From: Octopus vulgaris
Taxonomy: Eukaryota
Length of the DNA: 64,000 bases
Assembly: GCA_951406725.2 (NCBI GenBank)
Contig: OX597830.1
Coordinates: 27,838,001-27,902,000, forward strand
Direction of reading: 5' to 3'
Positions within the stretch are counted from its first letter, which is position 1; the number at the start of each line of letters is the position of its first letter. The notes below the pieces were generated by a model that had not been told where the DNA came from, searched no databases, and saw nothing but the letters and a program-made list of their open reading frames with translations. Of the stretch, positions 1-16,163 are shown piece by piece. The position numbers and the translations under genes are program-made.

Positions 1-520
1 GGATTATCGCTTTGTCTCAACGGGATTAAGCCAACACTCATCCTGGATTAGTAAACGTTCGTGGAAATCAACTGGATCTGCCTCTAATAATGTTAGATTT
101 TCCCGTGATGTGATCAGCCTGGAGTGCTTTTGATCAGGTGTCAGAAGACGTGGCACACACCAAGCAAAAACCGTCGTCACGTCTAGTTCAATGTACAGAA
201 TATTCTCTCTTATGGGATATGCTAATAACATTGCCTATTTGATTCTTAATCAAACGCCTGCCATCCATCACTATGCGGTGAACACCATCAATATTTTCGT
301 CGGTTGTGGCAGTTGCAAGATGTCCAGACCTTGGGTCATCTTCAAAACTTTCATTTCCTCTTCTAAATTCAGCTGACCACTTTCGCACTCTTGATAAAGC
401 TGGGGTGCCATTCCTAAAGCAGCAACCATGTCAACATGGATGCCCTTTGGGCCTAAACCGTTTTCTGCAGGATCTTGATAAGGCCATAATTCAGGACGTG
501 CCATTTTCCTTTCTCTATAA
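1..520 (-). mobile_element. Degenerate mariner (Tc1/mariner, Mos1/SETMAR-like) transposase, N-terminal half; runs off the window start
   Basis: Frameshifted minus-strand ORFs join into GLGPKGIHVDMVAALG...KWSAEFRRGNESFEDDPRSG...TTDENIDGVHRIVMDGRRL...W(C)VPRLLTPDQKHSRL...DECW, which matches the mariner HTH, the WVPxxL linker and the first catalytic DE-W motif. Confidence 0.9.
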
Positions 521-1163
521 AATTTCTTAATCTGCCTGAAATGCTCTTGCAAAGTGGCCCTAGTTAGATTAACCCTCTGCATCAAAAATAAACAAGTGGG
601 TCTATGATCAAGGACATTAGGGTCAAAACAATCCCGTTTTCCTCTTTACTAAGAAATAATTTCATCCTGAATCCTATTCATTTACTTGAGTCAGCAAGCT
701 AAGGTCTGGAATAGATTCGGCGGCCATTTGTATCAGATTGGGTTTCTTTTGGCTCTCTTTGTTCGTGGTGATTGATTTTTATTACAATCGTCTTCGTTGT
801 TATTCATATCTTTATCATGGCTGTTGATGTTCTTCATGTCTATATTTATTTTCGCGCGCACTTTACGCACATCCCACACCCCATTTTAATCATAAAAACG
901 TTTTTCTGTGTATATATCCCACAACGTAGTTCGTAACATTGATAACGACTGCAAACACAAACGTACATCCCTCATACACATACAGCATATAAGATAATAC
1001 GCTGAGAGAAACTAATATACACACACACACATACATCTACACAAACATTCGCACAAACTCACAGGTGCCTCTTCTCCTATTAATTAAAAAATACACATAC
1101 CTCATAGTCATTACGCGCGCGTGCACACACATATAGAAACAAACACAAACACTTATATAGATT

Positions 1164-1213
<50 letters not shown>

Positions 1214-1505
1214 TGTATATATATATAGACATATACATACATACATATATATGTGTATATAAACAAGAAGAGAGAGAGAGTGCGAGATTTATGTATACCT
1301 ACACATATATATTAACTTACACATACACATAGATTCACAAATGTAGACATATATTCATATAAAATATATCAATATATATATTTACATGTGTATGTATATA
1401 TACATACAAACCCCAAATTTACCTATATACATAATTTATATGTATATATATATATATAATGTTGATATACATATACGTACTTGCATACATACATACATAC
1501 ATACA

Positions 1506-1539
<34 letters not shown>

Positions 1540-1599
1540 CATGCATACATACATACGTACATGCATACATACATTAATAAGTACATACATACATATATG

Positions 1600-1644
<45 letters not shown>

Positions 1645-2552
1645 CTCAGGTAGCTAATATCATTTCTTTTATTAGTTTCTAAGTTCCTTCTGGATAATAG
1701 ACAGAGAGATTCAATGAGGTCAATTGTAATATTTTTTATAAGGTTGTAGGCTAAGGAGCGAGATGTAATCGTGGGCAGAAACGGACTCGATAACATTATA
1801 ACAACTTTCACTTTCGTTTCTACCATACTTCTTATTGTTGTTGTTCTTATTTTTTTTCCTATACGTCTTACTTTTCATTAACTCCTCATTTCTCCTGCAC
1901 TTACTTATTTACTTCCATATAGTTGGTCTTTTCTTTTATTGATATCATTCTTTAATGTCTATCGTTCTTCTTCCCTTTCTTTCCCCACAATCTTTCATCT
2001 TTTTTTGTTTGTTGTTACTAATCTCCTGCTTTACTTTTCTCGCTCTTTAAAGATGTTACGTTTTCCTCACCAACACTAACAGACCTACACATATACGTAC
2101 ATATAAACCCACGTGATCCCTCTGTTGTTCCGACGCTGTCTCTATGTAATACATACTCGATATGTCTATCTAAAACTATACTGGAGTTTCATCAATTTTC
2201 ATTCCGTCTCATACAGCCATTTGCGTTTTTTTTTCCATATATACTCACTCGTCTTTCTCAAAGGTTTCCATTTTTTTCTGTGCACACAGACATATACACA
2301 TATACATGTATGTATGTGTATGTGTATTTGTATGTATGGATGGATAGAAGTGTGCGTGTGCGTCCCTGTGCGCGCGCGTGTGTATGTTTGCATGTGTGTG
2401 CTCATGTGTTTCTGTTTGTGTGTGTGAATATGTGTGTACAGACAATGAGCGAGAGAGAGGAGGTGAGAGAACGAAAGAATCGGGGAGATTCAAATATTAA
2501 ATGTAAATATTCTCGTATCGAGAAATCACACACACACACACGCACACACACA

Positions 2553-2583
<31 letters not shown>

Positions 2584-2801
2584 ATGTGTGTGTGTATGTA
2601 TGCGTGTGTGTGTGTATTTGTATATGTTTCTGTATGTATGCATGTGCAGACACATCTGTGTGCGTTATGTCCGTGTATAATTTCATATACATATACAGAG
2701 GCATATATGCCTACATATAAATAGACGTAAAGACATATGTACACATTCATAAAAATATCTATATATCTATATATCTATATATCTATCTATCTATATATAT
2801 G

Positions 2802-2853
<52 letters not shown>

Positions 2854-2865
2854 TATATACATATA

Positions 2866-2932
<67 letters not shown>

Positions 2933-3316
2933 CTTTATCGTATTGATCTGTAGAACTGTTGTCTTCCAAAGCAGCATCATGTGATGCGTTTTTGTCTGTG
3001 TGTCTATGTGTATGTATACATGCATATGCGTGTACGTATTCACTTCAATGCGAATGCTTATATCTCACACTATACAGAAATATAGACACAGCACACAAGA
3101 AAAACAACAAACAAATATGATACTATACATGTATTTACATATGTGACACATACACGCATAATCTTATATGACATACACATATTAGTATTACATTTTATAT
3201 TTTTATATGCATACATATATACATACAAAACCCCATATCAAAATATATATGTATATTTATACGTGTGTATATGTATTATATGTATATATACTTATACATC
3301 TGTACATCTATGAGTG

Positions 3317-3372
<56 letters not shown>

Positions 3373-3582
3373 TATGTATCTATGTATGTATGTATTTTCG
3401 TATGCATTTATAAAAGTATCTTCTGTATATCATTTTTGTTTATTGTTTAGAAATATGAAATATATTTTCAGCTATATTTTGTGACATTTTCCTTTGTGTG
3501 TCTTTGTTTATTTGTTCTTAGCCTTTATGCAAATACATATATATGTATATATCTATACATGAATACACATGTACATACGTAC

Positions 3583-3635
<53 letters not shown>

Positions 3636-3890
3636 TATCTCTATGTATATAAATACACACACACACACATATATGTATATATATGCACACACTCACACAC
3701 ATGCAAATATCTCTCTCTGTCTCTTTATTTCCTTTATCGCTTCGCATACACACACACACACACACACACTCCCTCTCTCTATATATATACATATATGTAT
3801 ATATATATGCACATATATATGTATATACATATATATATATATACATCTATCTATATAATACATACATATACATACATAGATACATACATT

Positions 3891-3960
<70 letters not shown>

Positions 3961-3968
3961 CATATATA

Positions 3969-4021
<53 letters not shown>

Positions 4022-4217
4022 TCTTACTCTTTCTCTCTTTATTCTTTAGATCAGAGATGAATGGAGTAAAAGCAAAGGATCGGTTAGGAGGCATTAGAGG
4101 TTTGAAAAATGGTAGATGGATGGTGGGCTGTGAAGTTGGTAGTGGTAAACGCTGGTGAGGATAGAGTCGAAACATAAATGTAAAATAGCAAACCTTTGAA
4201 GTTTATCCTACTTCATG

Positions 4218-4294
<77 letters not shown>

Positions 4295-4729
4295 CATCAT
4301 CATCATCAACATTATTATCTTTTTGCTTGCTCTCTCATTTCCCCTCCCTATATTTTTTTCTGTTCTTTTCTTTTTTCTTTTTTTTTTTTGTATTTCTGCC
4401 GGTCGCGTTTGATACTACATAGAGTCGTTGTGAATATTTTTCCAAACTCTCTGCCAAACAATTATAGAACTATTCAAATGTAAGGACTTGGCTTTCCACT
4501 TAGTCATCACCATCATTCGATGCAGAAATCAAAATGATTTCATTGCGATATTGTCTGTTTGTCTTTTTTTCGTTCTTTCTGTGTGTGTGAAAGTTTGTGA
4601 TGCGATGTCGTGTATTCGTGTATGTGTGTGTTTGTGCTTGTGTATGTGTTTGTGTTTTTCCATTTATTTTACTTATGTAACTTTATAGTGTTTATTATTT
4701 TGACATATATTTCTCTTCTTTCCTGCAAC

Positions 4730-5437
<708 letters not shown>

Positions 5438-5838
5438 GTGGAAGTAGTTAGGTTGTTCTAATATTAGGAGTAGTGACAGCAGCAGAACTAGAAGCATTAG
5501 TAGTTGTAGATAATGTAGTAGTAGTAGTACCGGAGTTGTGATAGTACAAATACAGTAAATTAAAACATATACTATATATTTCAATTCAATATTTCCATGT
5601 ATATTTATATCATTATAATTGTTATTATTATAAATCATGGTATTGTTGCCATCTCTATATAGCCAAGATGACGCTTCAAAATTGCATGTAGATTCTTGCT
5701 TGTTTGTAATATACCTTCAAAAGCCTTCTATTAAGATTCTGTTCCATTTTATTCCCAATCTGCCCCTAAACCCTGGAGCACGTCAGTTCCTTTTTTTCCT
5801 CCGTGTTTTGGCATATAAATTTTTGATTCCTATATATG

Positions 5839-5929
<91 letters not shown>

Positions 5930-5936
5930 ATGAATG

Positions 5937-5971
<35 letters not shown>

Positions 5972-6420
5972 GTATATAGAACATGGTGGTTTAGTTACGC
6001 TAGATAAGTGCTGTAACGGGATATCAGAGCTCCAAGCTCGTAACCCCGACCGGAGTTGTGGAACCATTTTCGGTTTCCAATATAGCAGATATATATTTGT
6101 GAAATACCTCAACTAATTTAAGAATAATAATGTATATGCCTTGAGATGATTGCTATGACTCTTTCACATGGATACACACGTATATGAACACACACGCACA
6201 CGCGTATATAAACACACACACGCACACATACATATGGCGGAATTCTTTAAGTTTTCGTCTTCCAAATCTAGTCACAAGTCTTGACTGTGCCAAAAACATA
6301 GCAACAAACACTAGCTCAAGATGCCACGCTGTCGGACTGAACCAGAAACTATATTGTTAGGAAGCAGACATCTTACCACATAACCATATATGTGTGTGTG
6401 TTTGTGTCTCTATGTCTGAC

Positions 6421-6557
6421 TTTTTGTCCTCTTTCTTTCCTTTTACGATCCCTTTTGATCGAAAACCACCACGCCCTTTTTTTTACCCCCAAAAGAAAAG
6501 CTCTACCTTGTAATTTGTTCTATATATGTGCAGCCCTGTGTGGCTAATAAAGAAACA
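6421..6557 (+). mobile_element. 3'-UTR-only copy of the Tx1-like LINE, followed by (TATC)n (6558-6744)
   Basis: Matches 51000-51149: TTTTACGATCCCTTTTGATCGAAA...AAAAGAAAAGCTCTACCTTGTAATTTG...GTGTGCAGCCCTGTGTGGCTAATAAAGAAACA. Confidence 0.9.
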
Positions 6558-6645
<88 letters not shown>

Positions 6646-6654
6646 AATCAAGCC

Positions 6655-6744
<90 letters not shown>

Positions 6745-7354
6745 TTGTTACTCGTTTTTGTCATTAGAATGTGGTCATGCAGTGGCAACGCCTTGAGGAA
6801 CACTGCCTTGTTGCCATGTTGGGACAATAATCATTGTATTGGTCTCTTTTGTTGAATCGATGGATTAAGTGGACCTAAACACACCCATATCGGTTGTCAA
6901 GCGGTACTGAGGAAGAAACACATACACAAACATACGCACAGATACGCACAAACACACACATACACACACACACACACACTCACACACACAAACACACTTA
7001 AATACATACATGCACACACACAGACACACACACACACGCACAACAACAACGCGCATGTATGCGATCATCTTTCAGTTTCTGTCTACGAAATTCACTCACA
7101 AGGAATCGATCTGCACGAGAACATAGCAGAAGACACTGGTCCAAGGCGTCACAGAGTTGGACTGAACTGAGGCCACATCCATTTTATCAAATGAGGTGTA
7201 AAGAACTCAAATTTGTTGAATTTCATTTTCATTCGTCTCTTCACTCAATCTTCACCCTTCATATTTTCTTCCGCCTAATCATTATCAATTTCACCGCCGT
7301 TACCGTCTCCTCCTCCTCCTCCTCCTCATCGTCAGCAATTGTAGTGGAATGGAC

Positions 7355-7406
<52 letters not shown>

Positions 7407-7442
7407 CATACACATGTATATATATATACATACACATGTGTG

Positions 7443-7479
<37 letters not shown>

Positions 7480-7487
7480 ATATATAT

Positions 7488-7584
<97 letters not shown>

Positions 7585-7809
7585 TGCACGCATGCACGCA
7601 ACGGGCTTCTTTCAGTTTTTGTCTATCAAATCTGGTCGCAAGTCTTTTGGCCATCCCAAATATATAGCGAAAGACACTGGCCCAAGATGCCACATAATGG
7701 GACTGAAGCTAGAACCACATCGTTGGGAGGCAAACGTCTCACCACATAGCTATATGTGTATGCGTGAGTGTATTTGTGTGTGTGTGTGTGTGTGTGTGCA
7801 CGTATGCGA

Positions 7810-7844
<35 letters not shown>

Positions 7845-7912
7845 TGTATGTATGTATGCATGCATGCATGTATGTATGTGTTTATACTACAGACTGGCAC
7901 TGAATTTATATC

Positions 7913-8083
<171 letters not shown>

Positions 8084-8407
8084 TTATATTTATATATATA
8101 TATATATGAGAACGACGAAGATAATAATGCGAAGGAGTAGGGCCAGGACCACGATTATGATGTGGATGATGATGAATACGATAATAAGAACGTTTGAAAA
8201 GTGAAAAATATCTCAAAGACAGAAAACAACATCAACAATGGGAATAACAGCAGCAGCAATAACAACAACAACAACAACAACCTTAGCAAATGCGTCAACG
8301 TTATTATTTCAAGTTTGACAAAACGTTAAATATCAGACAGCTGCATATTGGAATTCAATAGCAAACAGAAGTATTGTAACAACGTCAACGCAGTCAATAA
8401 ATAATTT

Positions 8408-8612
8408 TTTTTACTATAGGTACAATACCGGGAATTTGTGTGGAGGGGATTAGTCTACTATATGGACCCCAGTTGTTCACTGGTACTGAATTTATCGAAC
8501 TCGACATGATGAAAAGTCGACTTCGGCGGAATTTCTGCTCAGAAAGTAGCGACAGCCGAAATACTGCTAAGTATTTCGTCCAGCGTGCTAACGATTCTCC
8601 CAGCTCGCCGCC

Positions 8613-8613
<1 letters not shown>
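8408..8613 (-). mobile_element. Diverged tRNA-derived SINE (GGCGGCGAGCTGG head, Nin/Deu-like core)
   Basis: Reverse complement begins AAGGCGGCGAGCTGGGAGAATCGTTAGCACGCTGG and resembles 43791-44021. Confidence 0.75.
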
Positions 8614-8691
<78 letters not shown>

Positions 8692-8753
8692 CAATAATAA
8701 TAAAAATAATAATAATAATAATGATAATGATGATGATGATGATAATAATAAAG

Positions 8754-8786
<33 letters not shown>

Positions 8787-8837
8787 GTAATGATGATAAT
8801 AATAATGATAATGATGATGATGATGATAATAATAAAG

Positions 8838-8870
<33 letters not shown>

Positions 8871-8891
8871 GTAATGATGATAATAATAATG

Positions 8892-8960
<69 letters not shown>
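8614..8960. repeat. (AAT)n/(GAT)n compound microsatellite with an internal higher-order duplication of about 84 bp
   Basis: The block GATAATGATGATGATGATGATAATAATAAAGAT...AGTAATGATGATAATAATAAT occurs twice (about 8723-8806 and 8807-8890). Confidence 0.9.
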
Positions 8961-8961
<1 letters not shown>

Positions 8962-9304
8962 GAGCACTCAGAGAGCGCAGACATCCGCGAAGGCAACACC
9001 GACGTCCTCTCGACGAGCAGCTAGAGATGAATTTTAAAATGAGGATATCTGAAATAAACTCGATTGCTTTCACAAACGACAATATCAAAAATGAAGCCGA
9101 CCGCTCTCGAAAATTAAGTAAAAAAAAATACGGGAGAATAATCCAGTATCCTTGTCCAGTCTCTGATCGATTCTAATGGTAGTCATAGAATGTGAAGGTA
9201 GCTGTTGAAAATTTAATAGCAGTAATAAATAGTTTATCCTTATCTAATACAAACCAAAGTTAACAAATTCACCATTCAAAATAGTTTTAAAGGCGGAGGT
9301 AATA
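8960..9304 (-). mobile_element. Helentron-associated (HINE/DINE-1-like) non-autonomous element
   Basis: Minus strand starts TATTACCTCCGCC and ends GCGGATGTCTGCGCTCTCTGAGTGCTCT (subterminal inverted repeat plus 3' hairpin); internal ATCCAGTATCCTTGTCC is shared with 9981. Confidence 0.65.
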
Positions 9305-9468
9305 ATAAGTTGTACTCAGGAAGTTATAAAGAATTGCATGAGAAATTTTGGTTTTCTCTTCTCTTAAATTTCAGCCTTCTTTTAGTATTCCTGTTGTTTT
9401 AGATCGATATATAGATGTATGTATATATGTAAGTATACTGTAAAGTGTTAATATGTATATATAATGTA

Positions 9469-9752
9469 TCTTTATATATAAAACTGAAGTTGTGTGAGAG
9501 TCTGTCTCCTCCGATTTAGATTCCTAACTACTCCCACATTTTGTGGTGCAGTTTAACCAAAAGCGGGTATCTTATAGTCGTGATTCATATCGAGGCCTTC
9601 TGGGTATTAGTGCGCGTCTCCGATGAGTCTACGATTAAAACAAAAAATTACCATAATTTTTTCACATTTTTTGCTCGGTTTATATAAGGGAAGTAACTCT
9701 CTAAAAATGCTTTTCCCTTACAAACCCGAGCAACGCCGGGCGATACTGCTAG
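9469..9752 (+). mobile_element. Non-autonomous Helitron
   Basis: 5' TC after a host A; 3' hairpin CCCGAGCAACGCCGGG followed by CTAG and a host T; no TSD; second copy at 54715-55109. Confidence 0.85.
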
Positions 9753-9869
9753 TGTGTTATAAAAATATGTTAGTGTTATTTAACCTCTGAAGGATTTTGC
9801 TGCCATTTGTTTATGTAGTTTGATTTCTTTACCCATCAATTTCTACTAAGATAGAGACTCGAGTAAATT

Positions 9870-10172
9870 AATTATACAGAAACGAAAATAAATGTTTGGA
9901 AACAGCCTAAAGGGAGATAATTGAGAAAGACTTGAAAGTCAACGTGAGATCGTAATCACGTAAAGTAAATATAACAAATAATCCAGAATCCTTGTCCGGT
10001 ACCAGATCGATCCCAAACTCTAATCAATTTGTGCCAGTCATGAGGCCAAACATCTCCGAATGTTTCATCCGAATCCATTCAGCGGTTCTTGAGATATCGT
10101 ATCAATGGACAAACAAACAAACAAACACGACAGATAACAATACCTCCGTCTTCGCTAAGGCGGAGGTAATAA
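9870..10172 (-). mobile_element. Second HINE-like element (one terminus visible)
   Basis: Hairpin TACCTCCGTCTTCGCTAAGGCGGAGGTA at 10141-10168, an adjacent (ACAA)n, and an internal motif shared with 8960-9304. Confidence 0.6.
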
Positions 10173-10479
10173 TCACGAGCCGGGATTGTGGGGCGGCATC
10201 ATAGCGATATGTGGAGAGAGGAATTATTTGGGGTTTGAATAAATCACCTCTGGAAACATGGGTGTTTCGTTCATCATTTGTATATTCATGAAGAAAACTG
10301 CAACTAGGCCTCACCTTCAAGGTCCTGAGCTGTTTATCTCGATATGAGATCGTTCACATATATTTGTAATGCATGCACCTGGTGCACTCATATCAGACGG
10401 GTAGTTATGATGGGTATATTGGGTCGCGTACATTTGTACCTCAGTGTCACTTTTATGGCACGTTTTTCTCTCTCATTCA
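10172..10479 (+). mobile_element. 5'-truncated, internally deleted copy of a non-coding interspersed repeat ending in (AAT)n
   Basis: Homologous to 24652-25212 (TTTGGGGTTTGAATAA.TCACCTCTGGAAACATGG; CAGTGTCACTTT.ATGGCA); followed by (AAT)n at 10479-10598. Confidence 0.8.
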
Positions 10480-10517
10480 ATAATAATAATAATAATAATA
10501 GTAATAATAATAATAAC

Positions 10518-10598
<81 letters not shown>

Positions 10599-11310
10599 TG
10601 TTTAGATTAACTTCGTATATGGCATTAAAACTAATATGAATCACAATATTAACTAATAATAACACCTCTACCAACTAATTTTACAATATTTTATTAATAT
10701 TTTTGCAATATTTCAGGCGTATTTGCTTGGTTGAAAGGATTGCTTCCCAACAATGTGGTCTTGGGTTACAGTGATTAGGCAAGTGTCTTCTATTTTGGTT
10801 TTAAATCATGCCGGGAAACTAAATGAAGGCCGGCACACAACACACATGAACAGGTGTGTGTGTGTGTGTGTGTGTTGTGTATGTCTGTGTACATACTTGT
10901 GTTTTACATACATATATACATAAATAATAATACATAGATAATTATGTAAATATTACGCAACATGGATATACGCACATAGTGTTAAAAGCCGAAGATATAT
11001 AACAGCGGGGGATAAAATGTATTAAGAAGTGGTGGTGGAATTGCTAACTCGGAATGTCCTTGTATTTTGTGCCTCATTCGTAGCAAATATACACTAGCAT
11101 TTTTACGCTTAGACAAATTAAGCTAGTACCGCTATAGAAAAACAGTGATAAACGAATAACTGGTTTCGCAAATCGCTGGCAGGCTACGTAGAATTTTGAA
11201 TATCGCAGCTGACTGGCTTTCTATAGTATATTCTCGTTAAGTGAGGTATACAGAATGCTATTGTGAAATAATACTACCTACGTCGCTAATAACGAGTAAA
11301 CCACACACAT

Positions 11311-11363
<53 letters not shown>

Positions 11364-11775
11364 ACGCAATTTGTCTTTTTCACTTTCCCAACGCTTCTCA
11401 ATTTTTCTTCTGATGAATGACTAACATCCCAAACGTTAAGTTGTTCTCTGTTGAAGCGTTTGATTAAAAAATAACTTTTTCAAACTTTGTCGTTCTTTCT
11501 ATGCTTTTTTTAAAAAAAATTCTTACTGTCTTTATGAAATAACAAGAAGAGTGATGCTACCGCTGTTGTTGTTATTGTCTCACTTACATTACCGTTTCTC
11601 TCTATGCTGTCACGTATGCTTTATAAAATTTACTTTAGTTCAAGTTAAGATTGTCACAATTGCTGTTCTTGCCACTGTCGTAGCATGTTGTTTGTTGTTT
11701 TTGATGCATTGATACTTTTTGTTCCTTCTTCGTGTGCACGCCTGTGTGTATACATAAGTATGTATGTGCATATAC

Positions 11776-11930
<155 letters not shown>

Positions 11931-12789
11931 AAGAGATAGATAGATAGATATTAATACATATGGGAAGCATACATTTCAATATAGAGAGAAACGTTAATGT
12001 AGAGGAGACAATAACAAGAAAAGCGACAACAATACCAACAACAACAACAGCAGCAAGAAGAATAACTGCAACAACAACAAACTCTATGAGAATAATAAGA
12101 ATGAGACAAATAAAAAAAAAGCAAATAAATGAATGAATAAATAGAAATAAATAGCTACATTTGGCATCGAAGAAAGAGCAGAAAAAAAATTTTAAACTTA
12201 AGAAGAAAAGAATGAGCGTAAAATTTAATAAAAAAAAAAAAATTGCTGATAGAAAACGAGCAGCAGATGACAAGATTGATGGCAGCTGAAACTAGGATGA
12301 CAATAAGTATGATGATGAGAAAGACGACGACGACATCGACCAGAGTAAGAACAACAACAACAACTATAAAAATAATTACGACAAGATTAACACGCTAACA
12401 AATGAGAACATCAATAAGAACTGCAATATGCACAAGCACTGCGACACCATTATCATCGCCATTACCGTTATCATCAGCATCACCATTATCACCACAATCG
12501 CCATTATGATCAGCATCACTATTATTGTCATCATCATCATTACTGCCATAATCTTCAATGTCGCTATTATTACAGTTTATACCAATCACCACCACCACCA
12601 CCACGCGTCCCTCACACTCAACATGAAAAACTGCAATAGATAGCGCCATCATTAAATCAGCCACTTCAACCATCACGACCGAAAATATGAGCACTGTAAT
12701 CCAAAACCAGGCCAGCAATATCATTGAATTGCTTGAAATCGACCCACTAGAAATAGTAGCCAAATCTCTCTGAAATCACATTCCAATTT

Positions 12790-13210
12790 CCGTCACAAAG
12801 ACTGGATACAAGGTGCATCTAGGAGTAGAAGGTAACTTTACAGAGGTTGAAGTCATACAGCCGATTAAAGCGCTTAAATTTGGCAAGCCCGCTGAACGGG
12901 GAATTCGGTTTGATATCCTAAAAGACTTAAATAGAGACGGTATTTTCAGGGTGACACATGTATACCAGGTAGGCCGGAAGTCTGGAAAGTCACCAAAGAA
13001 ATGACAACCCGGGGTGATAAGAGCAACTTTTAAGGGAACCTGGATAGAGTGTTCTAATTATAGAAAATTCTCCTTAATGAGCCTCTTCAATAATTTCTGC
13101 GCTACATGACTGGAAATTTGGTGCAGAGAACTTGTTGAGCTCAAGATAGCTGAAAACCGGTGTAGCTTCCATCCCGCTCGCAGCACAACCAACCAAGATA
13201 TATCATGGTA
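12790..13210 (+). mobile_element. Degenerate RTE-like LINE reverse-transcriptase fragment (N-terminal RT domains)
   Basis: Broken translation FTEVEVIQPIKALKFGKPA..GIRFDILKDL...SGKSPKK*QPGVI...CSNYR..SL resembles non-LTR RT domains 0-2. Confidence 0.65.
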
Positions 13211-13330
13211 GCACAACTTGAAGATTGCATGATGGCAACAGACATATTATAAAATGTGTCTCTGTGGTTTTCATTCTATGAAACAATTAGTACCTCAATT
13301 TAATGAACACAGTATCTTAAAAATTCTTTT

Positions 13331-13750
13331 ATTCTTTTACTTGTTTCAGTCATTTTACTGTGGCTGTACTGGAGCATCGCGTTAGGGGGCATTAGTCGAA
13401 GAAATCGCCCCCATGAATTATTCTTTGTAAGCCTAGTACTTATTCTATGAGTATCTTTCGCCGAATCGCTAAGTTACAGGGACGTAAACACAACAGCATC
13501 GGTTGTCATGCGATTGCAGGAGAACAAACACAGACATACATATACACAGACACACACACATATGTATATATATATATATATATACTATCGGGTTTCTTCT
13601 AGATTCTGTATTCCAAATCCACTCACAAGGCTTTCGTTGGCCTGAGGCTATAGCAGAAGCCACTTTCCCAAGGTGCTACGCAGTGGAACTCAACCCGGAA
13701 CCATGAGGGTGGGAAGCAAGCTTTTTTACCACACAGCCACGCCTGCGCCT
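13331..13750 (-). mobile_element. tRNA-derived SINE with internal microsatellite (GGCGCAGG..TGGCTGTGTGG head)
   Basis: Collinear with 37628-38021 and 40662-41010. Confidence 0.85.
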
Positions 13751-13796
13751 ATAAAAATATATATACGCATCAAACAATATATATACATCAAACTAT

Positions 13797-13880
<84 letters not shown>

Positions 13881-13940
13881 CTGTGTATATATAAAGATCT
13901 GTATCAGACATTATTTTCATCAGTGTTTACTATAATCGCA

Positions 13941-14768
13941 TATCGAAGGTGCATTCCCGATGTTTTCCGACTTTTTTCAGGAGAGACGTTTATCAATTGC
14001 AGAGAAATACAAAACTCTAATCTCTTTTAAAGTAGGATCGTCTGACTTCAGTGCACTTCTTGTAGCGTACAGAACTCCCACAAACTGAAGGTGTCCACAT
14101 GAGGTCAGAGCCTACATCATCTTGAAATCGTGTGTCCTTGAGGTTTTCTTTCAGCTTGCAAAACAACAAAAAGTCGCAGAGAGCAAAGGTCTAGAAGTCT
14201 AGAAAGAGTAAAGGATAATTTTTGATGCCCTTTTCTGTCAAGTAGTTGGTTACCAAAATACTTGTCGTTGTTCATCCTGCGTATATTCAGACCTTCATGA
14301 TTAAGTCTATGTACAGTTACCAAGTCAATTCCAAATTGTATGCTTACTGTCTTTATAGACACGACGGTCTTTATCCAGAAAATTGCAAATTTTCTAAAGA
14401 AGCTCTACTATTCTGGTTACACCTTTCACTGTCTCTCATCTCCTCTCTACCGCCCTCGAAACACTAGTGCTAGCCTAAAACTTAGCCTGTAATCAGTCTG
14501 GAGCACTCCGTAAGTTTGTGTAGCGTTTCTGCTATAAACAATTATTGCATAGCCAGCGTCTTTTCGTCTCGACTGCATTCTGCAAAACACTCAGCTACGA
14601 GAGTAAAGTGCATTCAATGTGCTGTTACAGCCGCGTCCTGCAATCAGGAATAACAACAGGTGTCAGGTCAGCTTCTTAGTTGTATAGAAATGATATACTA
14701 AATTTACAATAATCTAGTTATAACTGCTTCTCCTGAAAGAATCTCAAAACTTCTGGAATGACCTCATA
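13941..14768 (-). mobile_element. Internally deleted mariner element with both TIRs
   Basis: Left TIR TATCGAAGGTGCATTCCCGATGTTTTCCGACTTTTTTCAGGAGA; right-end reverse complement TATGAGGTCATTCCAGAAGTTTTGAGATTCTTTCAGGAGA; TA at both ends; minus-strand peptides QFGIDLVTVHRLNHEGLNIR and C-terminal RYKKCTEVRRSYFKRD*. Confidence 0.8.
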
Positions 14769-14805
14769 CGTTAAACACAACACACACACGCGCGCGCGCA
14801 CACAC

Positions 14806-14871
<66 letters not shown>

Positions 14872-15588
14872 TGATCATTTGCTTGTTAATTTCATTTACA
14901 TTCATTGAGATCAATTTAAAATTACCTTGATAATATAGAAACTTAACTAATAATGAGACGACTCAATAAATGCAGAATATATAATCACTTATCGCTCACT
15001 TACACTCTCTTTCTCATTCACTCTCTCTGCGCAAGCACACATACAACCACACACACACAACCACACACACATACAATCACACACACACACACACATACAC
15101 GCACACATACAATCACACACACACATACATACACGCACACACTTATATATATATATACAGGAAGGCACTTACATATATAAACAAGCGCTCACAATGAGCA
15201 ATCTTAATTTGAACATTGGGATGTAATTAAAATGATTAATATTCATTTAATTAAATGTTTATACAAGCATACGTACATCAGAGAACATTTTTACAATATA
15301 ATTATTAAACATCAGACTGTTTCGGCTACAGTTTTATTCTTCGGATATAGCTTTCCCAATGAGCCGTAATAGATCTACTTCAGTCTTAAAACATACTAGA
15401 TATTCTCTTGTTGATTTTAATTTATTCTTTTTATCAGTTAACAAAAATATACAAGAAAAATAGTTGAGAATATGATCCGTGTGATCCATTGAGTGTTACT
15501 AAACTTGTTCAATGATTAAAAGCTTAGGAAATTAAATGTTTATAATTTACGACTTAATTATACGTGTATAAATGTGTGTAACTATGTA

Positions 15589-15641
<53 letters not shown>

Positions 15642-15742
15642 ATATGCATATATATATATCATATATACGCATATACATATATATACGTATATATACATAT
15701 ATGAATACATACATATATATATATATATACATATATATATGC

Positions 15743-15784
<42 letters not shown>

Positions 15785-15893
15785 GTAATATATAGACATG
15801 TATATACATATATATATGTATGTATGTACGTATATATATATGTATATATATATACGTACATACAGCCATATAAATATAAATATATATATACAT

Positions 15894-15931
<38 letters not shown>

Positions 15932-16011
15932 ACATACATACATGTAATATATACATACATATATGTATATATATACACATAATGCACATATATATACATG
16001 CATATATGTAT

Positions 16012-16059
<48 letters not shown>

Positions 16060-16163
16060 GTACATACGTATATGTATCTACACGTTCAAGCATATATACA
16101 TATATATACATACTTATATATGCACATACAGTCACAAACAAAAGATATTTATTTATTTATAGT

